A stretch of DNA of 64,000 nucleotides from Mytilus trossulus (Eukaryota), in the NCBI RefSeq assembly GCF_036588685.1, contig NC_086383.1, positions 17,794,001 to 17,858,000 on the forward strand. Direction: 5' to 3'. The notes under the pieces are model-generated. The model worked only from the letters and a program-made list of their open reading frames with translations, had not been told where the DNA came from and did no database searches. Positions 12,781 through 24,172 of the stretch are shown here, in pieces. How positions within the stretch are numbered: position 1 is the stretch's first letter; the number at the start of each line of letters is the position of its first letter. The position numbers and the translations under genes are program-made.

Positions 12781-14125
12781 ATATTGCATTGCAATAAGAC
12801 AATCTTATAAAAGTGATTTTATATTTTCAAGAATAAAAGATCAAATGATATGCATATGCCACAACTGTCATTGAAAGAAGGATAATCTCTTAATATTTCA
12901 TTATTTTGTCTGGAAGAGAAATATGTTAATTTTAATATATTCTAATTTTCTACATGATTTTCTGTATTTCTATACAACAAGACACAATTGCTTATATTAT
13001 TTGTGTTATTTGAGTTTACTTCATGGATTGAAAGTTATTGGCATTTTAAAGGTACATGTTTTAACCGACATTTACAATATAAACATTTTTTTATTAAACA
13101 TATACCTATATTTGCACGTCTCAATAAATACTTACATGAAAGAAACATTGACCTTACGTTGTCGTAGAGAAATTATGTTGTCCTACTTAGTATAAAGAGT
13201 TATGGTATAATTTCTTTCCATAACGCTTTTATGTTTGATTTTAGTTCTATTATATTATTTTTAATTTCTTTAAATTAAAAGTAGAATTACTTATTTTTGA
13301 AATGAAGATTAATTTCAACAAAATATATAAATTACATAGAACGTTTTTTTAACACAAATAACACTTTAAAAAAGGGAAAAAAAGACATTATTTTCAAAAC
13401 ATTTTTATGTTTGAACGATGAATGTATCTGTTTTATGATAAGCTCTAAGACAAAATTTTAAACCCTATATACAAAAAAAAAAATGCGGTATGATTGCCAA
13501 TGAGACAACTATCCACAAAAGACCAAACATGTTTCTTTGAGAAAATCTAATTTTTGTTACCAATTGACAATAATGATAATTTTTGGTGCTTTAAGATAAC
13601 ATAAAATTGAGAATGGAAATGGGGAATGTGTCAAAGAGACAACAACCCGACCAAAATAAAAAAACACAACAGCAGAAGGTCACCAACAGGTCTTCAATGT
13701 AGCGAGAAATTCCCGCACCCGGAGGCGTCCTTCAGCTGGCCCCTAAACAAATATATACTAGTTCAGTGATAATGAACGCCATACTAATTTCCAAATTGTA
13801 CACAAGAAACTAAAATTTAAATAATACAAGACTAACAAAGGCCAGAGGCTCCTGACTTGGGACAGGCGCAAAAATGCGGCGGGGTTAAACATGTTTGTGA
13901 GATCTCAACCCTCCCCCTATACCTCTAACCAGTGTAGAAAAGTTAAAGCATAACAATACGCACATTAAAATTCAGTCCAAGAGAAGTCCGAGTCTGATGT
14001 CAGAAGATGTAACCAAAGAAAATAAACAAAATGACAATAATACATAAATAACAACAGACTACTAGCAGTTAACTGACATGCCAGCTCCAGACTTCAATTA
14101 AACTGACTGAAAGATTATGATTTCA

Positions 14126-14192
14126 TCATATGAACATCAGGCACAATCCTTCCCGTAAGGGGTTTAGTATCATACCATCATAACATATATGA
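14126..14192 (-). ncRNA. SECIS element (type 2) in the 3' UTR of the retroelement
   Basis: Sense strand reads UCAUAU AUGUU AUGAU GGUAUGAUACU AAA CCC CUUAC GGG A AGGAUUGUGCC UGAU GUUC AUAUGA. This gives helix I, the AUGA/GA non-Watson-Crick core, an 11-bp helix II (1 mismatch), unpaired AAA and an apical mini-stem. Confidence 0.85.
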
Positions 14193-14242
14193 GAAGAACA
14201 TAACCCGTGTCATGCCAACAACTGTTATTAGAATAAATGTGT

Positions 14243-17200
14243 TTAGTTCCGACGCAAAGACCTTATCAGTGACTCAATATTAACGCCAAAATATGCAATC
14301 TTTAATGACTTGACAACAGTATCGTAATTATATCCCTTCTTAATAAGTCTATTCAAAGGTTTTGTAAGTTTATGAGGTGAATACTGACACCTTTGTGCTT
14401 TATAAAGAATATTTCCATAAAAAATTGGATGTGAAATACCTGAACGTATAAAAAGTCTGCATGTTGAGCTATATTTACGAATGATGTCTTTATACCGATG
14501 ATAAAATTTAGTAAATGTTTTGACTAGTTTGTGATATCGAAAACCCTGGTGTAATAATTTTTCAGTAATACACAAATTTCTCTCGTTAAAATCTAAAACA
14601 TTGTTACATACACGAGCGAATCGTACAAGTTGAGATATATAAACACCGTAAGATGGTGACAAGGGAACGTCACCATCTAAAAACGGATAATTAACGATAG
14701 GAAATGAAAAATCATCCCTTTTATCATAAATTTTAGTATTCAGCTTTCCGTTAGTGATATAGATATCAAGATCGAGGAAAGGGCAGTGGTCATTGTTAGT
14801 ATTAGCTTTATTTAAAGTGAGTTCACCAGGATAAATTTCATTAATATACATACTGAAGTCGTCATTATTGAGAACCAAAATATCATCCAAATATCTAAAA
14901 GTATTATTAAATTTGTTTATCAGATGTTGTTTTGATGGGTCTTTGCTTATTTTTGTCATAAATTGTAACTCGTAACAATACAAAAAGAGGTCCGCAATAA
15001 GTGGTGCACAGTTAGTCCCCATTGGAATTCCGATAATCTGACGATATACGGAATCCCCAAAGCGAACAAAAATGTTATCTAGTAAAAATTCAAGGGCATA
15101 TATAGTATCAAAACATGTCCAATTAACATAGTTTTTTTGTTTATTGCTACTAAAAAATGACCTAAAAGAGTTTGAACATATATATTCACATTCTGATTTT
15201 TTGAATGCCCATTTAATTAGATGTGTGAATTTTTTCTTAATGAGAATGTGAGGCAATGTGGTATACAGGGTAGAAAAATCAAAACTTTGAACAGATTCAA
15301 AATCACCAATATAAGCATGCAATTTATCAAGTACTTCCAACGAGTTCTTGACACTCCAAAAGTAATTTATTCCACTATTTTCGAAGGCCTTATTTGAACA
15401 ATTTATTATAAGGTTTTTAATTGTACCAAGTGTGCTGGTAAGAATAATAGACAATTTAGTAGTTGAACAATGGCTTGAAGACGAAATAAATCTATATTTG
15501 TAAGGGGTTTTGTGTAGCTTCGGAAGCCAATACATAGTTGGAACTTTCATTGTATTTGGCTCTGCTTGTAAAGCGGTGGCTAAAAGTTTATGTTTGTTAC
15601 AGATTTCGTTTTCTGAAAATGGAGTCAGTTGGAATGTTGGTGAATTGGTGATTTCCTTTTTCAGAACCTCGATGTAAAATTTACGTCAAACAATAATAAT
15701 ATTATTAGCAGCTTTATCGGCCGGGACAAAAACAAATTCCTTGGCTAGTTCTTTTAGTTTATGTTTGATACGAGAAATAGGTTTATTGTGGTTATTGTTA
15801 ATAGTAAAATGTTCTTTAAAATGTTGAATACGTATATCAACTATCTTCATTACTGAATTAAAAAAAGAGTCCAAAGATTTTTTGTCAGCTTTTTCCCGTT
15901 TTATCCATTTCATACAGTAAGTAAGGAGTGAGTCGTGGATGATATTACGACACTCATTCCAATTAATAATTGACGGGGGACGATATTTAGGTCCTTTACT
16001 GAGAAATGATTTTAACTCTCGGTCTTGAACGATGTTAAGATCTCCCGTTATAACATGGGAAATGGGTCCATAAATATATTCGGAATAACTGCAATTACAT
16101 GAAGTAGGTGTATTTTCACTGATATTAACATCTTTACACAATTGACTATAATTAAACACAAATTTCCGGGTAGATTTCTTGTAAATATAACAAATAAGAG
16201 GTAGCTCAGTATTGTCAAAATATCCAGGAATTTGTTCTTTAACAGAATGGTCGTTAAATATACCGGCAATATTTACAAAATCAAAGCCTTTGTTGACATA
16301 CTTAGTTTTAATAAAATGTTTTTTATGATCTTCAGGGCGATCAATTTTGGGAAATAATTTAGAATAACAATATGCCATAATAATTTGAACAATTTCATAC
16401 TTAGGACTGCTATATGAAATTGTGTTGCAATCCTCCAAAATTTTATTTAACTTATTAACCGGTAACGAACAGAGTTTTGTTAACAGATAATGTCTGCCGT
16501 TGTTTTTTTAAATAGAAATAAGGTCCGAAATATTGGTATGATTGGCCCGAAATTTTCTTTGATTGCGATTTGTTCTACAACCGTGAGAACGGTTTTTACG
16601 AACAGTTTTAGAAACAATATCCAAAATGTTAACGGAATTGGTTCTAGATATATTACCAATTCCCATGATATTATCATTTAGACCGAGAGGGTAAACTGTC
16701 TGTAATTTTTTAATCCAATTTAATTCAATTATTTTCCGTGATCGTACAAACTTTGAATGCGATTCACCAGGCTGCTTATTTACTACTTCTAAAGGTTGAA
16801 CTGCTAAATATTTAAAAGGATGGTTGTGCTTCTTAAGGTGTTGGTAAATGATACTTTTGAATTTATTAGGTCTTTCAAAACGATACAGATGTTCTTGAGT
16901 GCGTTTTGATAAATATCTTCCAGTTTCTCCTACGTACTGAATACCACATCCCGGTTTGTTTCATGTGAGTAAATAAATAATACTGTTTGTTTTTCAAGTA
17001 ATATCAGTTTCAAAATTTAAAGAAAATGTGCGACCATTAAACGTGGACCTTACCGTATTGTTGGTGGAAAGACGGGGACATGTAAGTCATTTTTTGGCAT
17101 GACACTTATCGATAGAAGGGTAACCACGATTTTTATTGTTAAAAATGTTAGCGATGGTAGTATTTTTAGATAACCGATTTTGAAAATTGAGACGTGTAGA

Positions 17201-17251
17201 TACCCTTTGAACAAGTTTAGTATTTAGTATTTTTCCGTTTCTTAGTTTCAT
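14243..17251 (-). CDS. GIY-YIG endonuclease-reverse transcriptase polyprotein, 1002 codons, with 4 in-frame TGA (putative selenocysteine) and 1 premature TAA
   Basis: Translated manually from ATG 17251 (MKLRNGK...) to TAA 14243 with no frameshift. TGA at 17087-17089, 16994-16996, 16961-16963 and 15686-15688 (codons 55, 86, 97, 522); TAA at 16508-16510 (codon 248). ORF-track ORFs 14243-15550 and 15686-16438 are in this same frame. Confidence 0.88.
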
Positions 17252-19028
17252 AATTGTTTTGTTAGTGAATTACATAATAAAGGAGCAAAGATTGGCGTCC
17301 AGAATATGAACCAGCATACAATAATTAAGTTAAGTAAAAGTGATAAATTTGTTCGGCTGAAAATGTCGAACGCTATCAGTATTAATTACCCGAAAAAGAT
17401 AGTGTATATCAGGGTATGACTGATGGCTGACCAATTAGTAGAATGGGGCTGAATATTGAAATACTACTTTTTGATAAACATTCCTAAAGTAATGAACTAG
17501 AGAAGTTCTCGCTCGGACACACACTCCATAATCTAAGCATACTTTCTGTAAGACGATAAAAAAAAATACACGGATGCGTGAAAATCCCAAATAACCGAAA
17601 TCATCCGCGTCCATTCCTTCTCACCCCCTGTCCATAAAAAAAAACATAAATAAAGGATTCAATAGATTTCTATTGGTCTTTTTAAACATAGTGGTAATGA
17701 ATTGCTATTTTTAAACAGAAAAATCACTAGATATGACATATTTAGAAAAAAACAAAGATTATTACGAAAACTAAAAAAAAATCATTTGTATGTCTACGAA
17801 AGTCGTAATAACAATATTTAATGAATATAGACCAATTATGTGTTCGTGTAAATGTATACATACAGGAAAGAAACGTTGAACTCAGGGAAAGCATGTTGTC
17901 GTACTACGTATAACACTTTCTGATACATATTTTCTTCAAACATCACAGAACTAATTTTTTGCTTGATTTCTGTTATTTTAAAGCTCTTTGATTTATAATA
18001 CATATGACCAATTATTGTATTGCTTACCAACTTGTATCGGATTTCCAAATGTCTTATCTCAATCCATGTACGAAGATTTATTTTTGCTAAATATATAAAT
18101 TGCCATTTGATCAATATCGTTTCACCAAACAATTTTTGCCACAAATAACCCTTTTAAAAAAGGAAAAAGGACAATATTTTCAAAACATTATTTCATTTGA
18201 ACTCCGTAAAGTTAATCTCTTTGACAAAATTTCAAACCAAAGTGTTTTTCTAGACAAAATAATTTTGTATACCAAGACATAAATAAGTCTCTTAAATCTA
18301 ATATGCTAACACTAGCAGTCCCCGAAGAGATCAGGCGTATCTTGTAAGAAGTAAATACACAATATGGTACACATTGTTAATAATAATGGCCCTATATTAA
18401 TTCTTGTAAACTGGATCAGAATGATGCGTGAGAATCTTGGATAACAGCAAACACCATGTTCCCTCACCAACCCAAACAACAATAATTCAGATTTAACAGA
18501 GTGGTATATTAAAGATATGGGAGATGAATACTTTTTGGACAGGACAGGATTACTCGAAGTAAAACATGATTAGACATATCTGAAAAAATCTTTTGAAAGC
18601 ATACAAGGATTTGTTTGGTTTATATCGATGAAATCCTAAATGCCAATTCAGAGGACATGCCAATACTGTCATTGAAACGCAAGTTAACAAGTTCATTTCA
18701 ATTTATTTGTGTTTGTCAAAAGAGACCACATGTTGTTGGTTTTTTTAATATATTCTTAACTTTTACATTTGTCTGCACTTTCGTATAACAATACTCTTAC
18801 TTTCTTACTTGTTCGCCAATTTACAATTTATTTATAGATTAACAGTCATTGAAAGTCAACAAAAAACATGTTTAATACGACACCTGCTATAACAATATGT
18901 TTTAATTTGTACACATTTGAACAACAATGACGAAACGTTAAGTCAATCCGTACATACAATTAGAGTTATACATTCCCTGATTGGTGAAGATTTCAAAATA
19001 TGCAATATAGCAATGGTCGGATCCGTAT

Positions 19029-19340
19029 TAGTCCGACCGATCGGTGAAAAATAATGAGGAAAGCATCAAATTTTGCATGATGGTACATTTGTGTGTACTG
19101 AGCAATATTAACTATAAACCCACCCTCAGATTTCAATATGGTGGCTTATTCCAAGATGGCCGCCAAACATTCTTAAATATTTTCCGGTATTGCACTAACA
19201 ACAGCCAATTTGATGCTGGAAGCACAAAATTCAACAAATTTGAATGATTTAGTGTAATTAGCAAGATTTTGTTTTGGTCAATCTTTGATATTCAAAATGG
19301 CGGCTATTTTCAAAAAGGCCGCCTTAAGAAAAAATGCAAA
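19029..19340 (+). mobile_element. Single terminus of an Academ-like DNA transposon
   Basis: Starts TAGTCCGACCGA and has caagatggccgcc / aaaatggcggc subterminal motifs like the element at 31687. No partner TIR found. Confidence 0.45.
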
Positions 19341-19989
19341 TATTCATTATTGAAAATTGACTTGAATTCAATCATTTTATTTAAGTATATGTTCATTTAG
19401 TCTTTGTTACATTTCTGTCCTTTTGATTTTGCCTGGCTTGCATTTCATATATAAAGTAGCAGCTTTCATAAAAAGCTGCAGTAGTAGCTTTCATAAAAAG
19501 CTTCAGTAGTATCTTTTATAAAAAACTCCAATATTTGTTGTCTTAGATCACACATAAAAGATGTGATTTAAGATTTGTCTGCCGTAAGATACACTACAAA
19601 CTCCTCATAGTCTGAATTGACCAGTTTTTGTTCTCGACCAGTAAAATCGAGCACACACTTTAATCGACTTGTCGCGACATTGTCTCGACTGTACTTAACT
19701 GTACTTAAGTGTACTTGACTAGGTCTCGACTTTACTTTATTAGTCTGATTCAGTACTTGATGATCTTTAGGTAGTCTGAAATGGTCTTGACCAAGGCTCG
19801 ACCTGTTTCGACCTGTCTTGACTAGTCTCGACCTGTCTCGACTAGTCTCGACCTTCAAATTTAATTTTGACTGGTGTAAATCAGCCCATCTAACTAAATT
19901 AAATATTGATCTTACAAATCTCAAGCTTATTAAGTAGATTGATTTATTGCTGTGAAATGAAAGAATTTAAGTTTACAATAGGTAAAAAT

Positions 19990-20790
19990 AAAAATTATTA
20001 TATAATTTCAGACAGCCAACCATATTGCAATATATGGATCAATAAGTGCCAATTATGCCCATCGGCAACTCTTCTTTGCTGATGGCACAGTATAACCGAT
20101 CAATATGAGCAGTTCTTTGGAAAATGAGGTACGTAACCTCACGCAAATTATCACAAAACTATGATTTCAACTAATCAGCGTAACCGTGGATTGGCCGAAC
20201 AATATAACCTAGCTTATAGGGACTTCTAATCAATATAATCGTGGATGATCACCAAATTAATAGAAGATCATCAGATCAATGGAGTATCAACAGATCAATG
20301 GAAGATCTCCTGATCATTATACACGTTGAAGATCCCCATAGCAATATAATCGCGGTAGATCGTCAGATAAAAACACATCCAAGTTTAATGCCTACATGTA
20401 TCGACCAGCAACATCCCAACAGACCAAAGATGATATAGTTTTTAAGGACAACGGTCAGCATCTCCAGGGACAAATTCAAGAAATCTCGGTTATTTCGTGC
20501 AACGGTCATCGCCAATAGGATATAGAGCAAATCAAAGCACCACCCTAACAACAGAGTCTTTAAACAGCACCGGGTTGGGCCAGCTCGACTTCAAATTGTA
20601 TTTGCCATGAAACATTACCTCATGACACAACCGAATAGAGGCCCACGTCCTCGTTTAATATTGTTATCAGACGAACATTGGAAAAAGCAATTAGCTAGCA
20701 GTACGAGGTATCATATATGACCAGATTGAGAGCATTAATGTGGACGCTGTTGCAATGATAACATTAGTGAATGAGAAATTATTTCCAGTA
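19990..20790 (+). mobile_element. Decayed Ty3/gypsy gag-protease fragment
   Basis: RSP-rich gag-like tail (GRSPDH, GQRSASPG), TTTAAAC at 20559-20565, then INVDAVAMITLVNEKLF resembling an aspartic-protease active-site segment. Confidence 0.45.
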
Positions 20791-22312
20791 GATATTGATA
20801 ATTCGGAGACCGTGAAGATACGTGGGTGAACAGCTGGTTTCTGTTATTATTATTAAGAAATAAAAATTGCTCGTTATATCCTTCGCATAATTTATCCTAT
20901 TTTGAACGAGGCAATATAAACGCTCCATATGAGAGTTATTTCCCCTTTTGTATTTGATATAAGTGATATGGATTTCTATCTTGTTAACCATAAGTGATAG
21001 AAACCTGGGATCTTTTGATTTGTGGTCTTTGGTCCAAAAAAATGAAGAAAAAAAGTCAAGGTCAAAGGTCAAGGTCATATTCTAATTTTTGAATTTGGCT
21101 TATTTTCACTTATTTTACAAAACCGTATAAGATATCAACAAATTATTTTTACTTAATTGTTAGTTGCGAAGTGTCGTAACACGTAAATTTTGATTGCAGG
21201 AGTACGTTGAGCGTAAAATGGAATTTTCTCTCTATTGTATTTGAAAATACGCGTATGATGATATTACTCATTTGCCAAATATTATTAAGACCTATGGTTT
21301 TTGATTTGAGGTCTTTGGTTTATGATCTTGAAATTAATCTCAAGGTCATAGCTTAATTTGACGTTCTAGATTTTGACCTTTGCTTTTACCTCATGTGCAT
21401 ATATGATAAAGCCATGAGAGCTAGACTTTGTGCAAAACGTATCAAACAATATAACCTTGAAAAAACAACCGGAAGTGACCTTGTGTAAACCGGAAATAGC
21501 TATCCTTTGTACCCTATTCATATAAAAGTATATAGAACCAGATATTTTTGGAATCAGTGTCACGTTAATATTCAAATATTATTGGAAGCAACAAATTACC
21601 TCAAGTTCTCAGTGTCGAGTTTTCCTTGTTTCGGCATGTTTTCCAACTAATTTAAAGATATGTATAAGAGAACAAGTGCAAAATGTTTGCTTTCAAAATG
21701 ACCAACCCCTCCCCCCCCCCTCCCAGGTAAATAATAATAAGTCCCTTAATTGTTATGTACATATGTTACTTTTGGTCTGAAACAGCCTTATGGCATCTTA
21801 TAAGAGTGAGTGCCCCAAAAAAGTGTAATTATCAGGTTTATTGGTTATTACTTCAACTTTGTTCATTATACAGCCATATGACCTTTACCAAACTGTTGGG
21901 TGACATATGACCTTGAAAAATTCAAACCGAAAGTGAACTTGAGAAAACCGAAAGTAGCCTTTTTTGCACTTTTTTGCATGAATTAGTACTCGGAATCCAT
22001 ATATTTTGTAATCTAAATACATTTACTTAACACGGTAGACTTAAAGTGATAAACCGGAAGTGGCCAATTATCTTCTGGTTAAAGGGTAAACGTACGTAGA
22101 CACTTTATATATTTGGAATCACTGTTAACGAAGCTATCATATGGGACTGGAAGTGACATTTACTTTTCCGTAAGTAGCACATTATATCCCCTTTTTTAAC
22201 TCAAAAGTATATGAAAGCCATTCATTTTTGGGATCAGTATGAAGACACTTGATTTTTTCATAATTTCTTTGATGTTGAAAGACTATTAATTGTTCTCTGA
22301 ACAATTGGTTTT
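20790..22312. mobile_element. Helentron/HINE-like non-autonomous element
   Basis: (tta)n microsatellite near one end, internal ggtcaaggtca/tgacctt and accggaagt motifs, and a terminal hairpin aattgttc-tct-gaacaatt near 22291-22309. Confidence 0.4.
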
Positions 22313-22707
22313 TAATTTATAGTGACATCTGTTTATTTACTGTACTATTTTGGTGATGTCGTACCCTTTCAGACTTGTTATATATTATATTTAGTAATGT
22401 ACTGTATCCTATTTATTTAAATTTCAAATATGTGGTTTTGAGCAGTTCTGATATCAATAAATTGAAACTGCGTCTAACATGACCAGACCATTAAACTTAT
22501 ATATTTATTTTTTTCATTTCTTCAGTCAAAAAATAGTATATTTGCAAGAATATACATTTTGTAACTTTGTTCAAAGAAAGGAAAGTAAGTTTAATGACAT
22601 TTTATGTGTTAGATATTATTGATTATCGACATGTACATGTTATACATGTACATGCTGTGGGTTTTTCCAAATGGTTCTATAAGTAACATCTTGAATGTTT
22701 AAAGTTG

Positions 22708-22714
22708 TATAAAA
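22708..22714 (+). promoter_or_regulatory. Candidate TATA box of PLA2 paralog B
   Basis: TATAAAA starting 43 nt upstream of the exon 1 ATG. Confidence 0.4.
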
Positions 22715-22750
22715 AGAGCATCAAATACATGGCATTGCAATATTTTGAAG

Positions 22751-22770
22751 ATGTACTCACACGCTAACAG
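22751..22770 (+). CDS. PLA2 paralog B, coding exon 1 (MYSHAN-R)
   Basis: ATG TAC TCA CAC GCT AAC AG|gtgagc. 20 nt, phase 2. Confidence 0.75.
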
Positions 22771-23552
22771 GTGAGCCAAAATTACACTACTACAGTTTAC
22801 ACAATAAGTTGTTATGATCAAACTTCATTGTGAACCAAGCACAAACAGTTTTTGATTGCATGGAAACATACACTATTGAATCAGTGACATTTTAGACATA
22901 GTTTTCATAAATTAAATAATATTTGGTTGAATATAATGTAAATATTTGCTTTTTTAAATTCTTATTTCAGTTTGTACATATTGTATCCATCGAGTCTAAA
23001 ATAAATTTTGAAATATTGTGGCACACATTATTTGATAAATTGTTCGTTGTGTAATTCAGTAGATGGGCTTACCTGCTTACAGTAAGAGAAAACAATCAAT
23101 ATTTATATGTTTAATTGGTAAGTGCAACTAGCTATATATAGAGACGACGCGAATAAAAGGCCTTCAACTTTGAAGCATAAAGGTATAAGTATGTTAGATT
23201 GTTCCAAAAACAGAGTTTTAGGTCTGTTTCATTTTGTCTTATGATCTTTAAAGTGCAAACATTGTGGCACATATTCTACACGAATTATAAGTTTAAAATT
23301 TTAAATCCCACTAGACGTCGCTACTAACATACTAGTTTAAACATCTTGCAAAGCAAGACGGACACCCAATTTAAGAGAGGTTCACTATCGAAACGGGAAT
23401 AACTGTTCCCCTAATATGATTAGATTAAAATTTGGTATTTTACAGACAAGTTAAGCTTCTAATTTTTCACTGTGATATTACACCAAACAATTAATCTTTT
23501 TCATTTCTTTAGTTTTTTTACATAGTTTATGGAACATTTAACTTTTATTCAG

Positions 23553-23736
23553 ATTATGTGCTTTCATAATTGTCATCGTAGCCTGTCTACATCCAATAAC
23601 AGCCACAGAGAGCTACCGCTGTTTCCAGGCTAATGCAGGATTATCCAGTGGATGTAGTATCCCTTTGTTTGATATTTTCCCTTATAAAAATGCATTCACG
23701 CCATCTTGCCAGCGTCACGACATTTGTTACGGATGT
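23553..23736 (+). CDS. Secreted conodipine-like phospholipase A2, paralog B, exon 2 (absent from the ORF track)
   Basis: ttttattcag| ... |gtaagt, 184 nt. Reads LCAFIIVIVACLHPITATESYRCFQANAGLSSGCSIPLFDIFPYKNAFTPSCQRHDICYGC. Confidence 0.9.
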
Positions 23737-24172
23737 GTAAGTACAAATAAAGGGTCGACAAAAGAATATTGTATTAAGCATGTGTTCATAATTCCATAGC
23801 TCAAAAGAAACCATCCAAATTTAAACTATATCTTTTAAAAAATAACGAATATATCAAAAAACGTCATTCCTACAAATAACAGTGAGGGAGTCGAACAATG
23901 TTTATCCCACTAAAAGGTATACTTATTGGTAGAATATTAAGGGTGAACATTATGTTATGAATACATGCAACTGTACAGTACGTTTGTTGAGTATAACTAC
24001 AGACCGTTCCATAAACTGCTTTTATTCGACCCGGGCTTTCAATTGGTAAAATATTGTCCAATTTGCATCATACCAAAACGTTTTTTTTTTAATCATAATT
24101 TTTAAAAAGCAAATAGTCATTAGTCATTTTTTAAATATTGTTAAATGAATAAAGTTGATGCTTGAGGAAATG

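Larger units (their letters stand above)
13602..17530 (-). mobile_element. Penelope-like retroelement, Naiad type (N-terminal GIY-YIG EN followed by RT), near full length
   Basis: Single frame with a Cys-rich finger, GIY-YIG motifs (IIYLLT..CGIQYVGETGR..R..EH; ELNWIKKLQTVYPLGLND) and PLE RT motifs (DFSTLYT, QIIGIPMGTNCAP, RYLDD, FLDL). About 640-bp 3' UTR. The 5' boundary is approximate. Confidence 0.92.

Noticed and set aside
14113-14148. Functional hammerhead overlapping the SECIS
   Set aside because: The core reads CUGAUGU rather than CUGANGA, and there is no room for stem III.
14243-16438. Two separate genes (435 aa and 250 aa) as in the ORF track, or an ordinary stop-riddled pseudogene
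   Set aside because: They share one frame, joined by a single TGA and 45 open codons. The stop pattern plus the SECIS fits Sec recoding.
23107-23117. Alternative first exon for PLA2 B (ATG TTT AAT TG|gtaagt)
   Set aside because: Splicing to 23553 creates TG+A, a stop. The 22751-22770 exon matches the paralog pattern.
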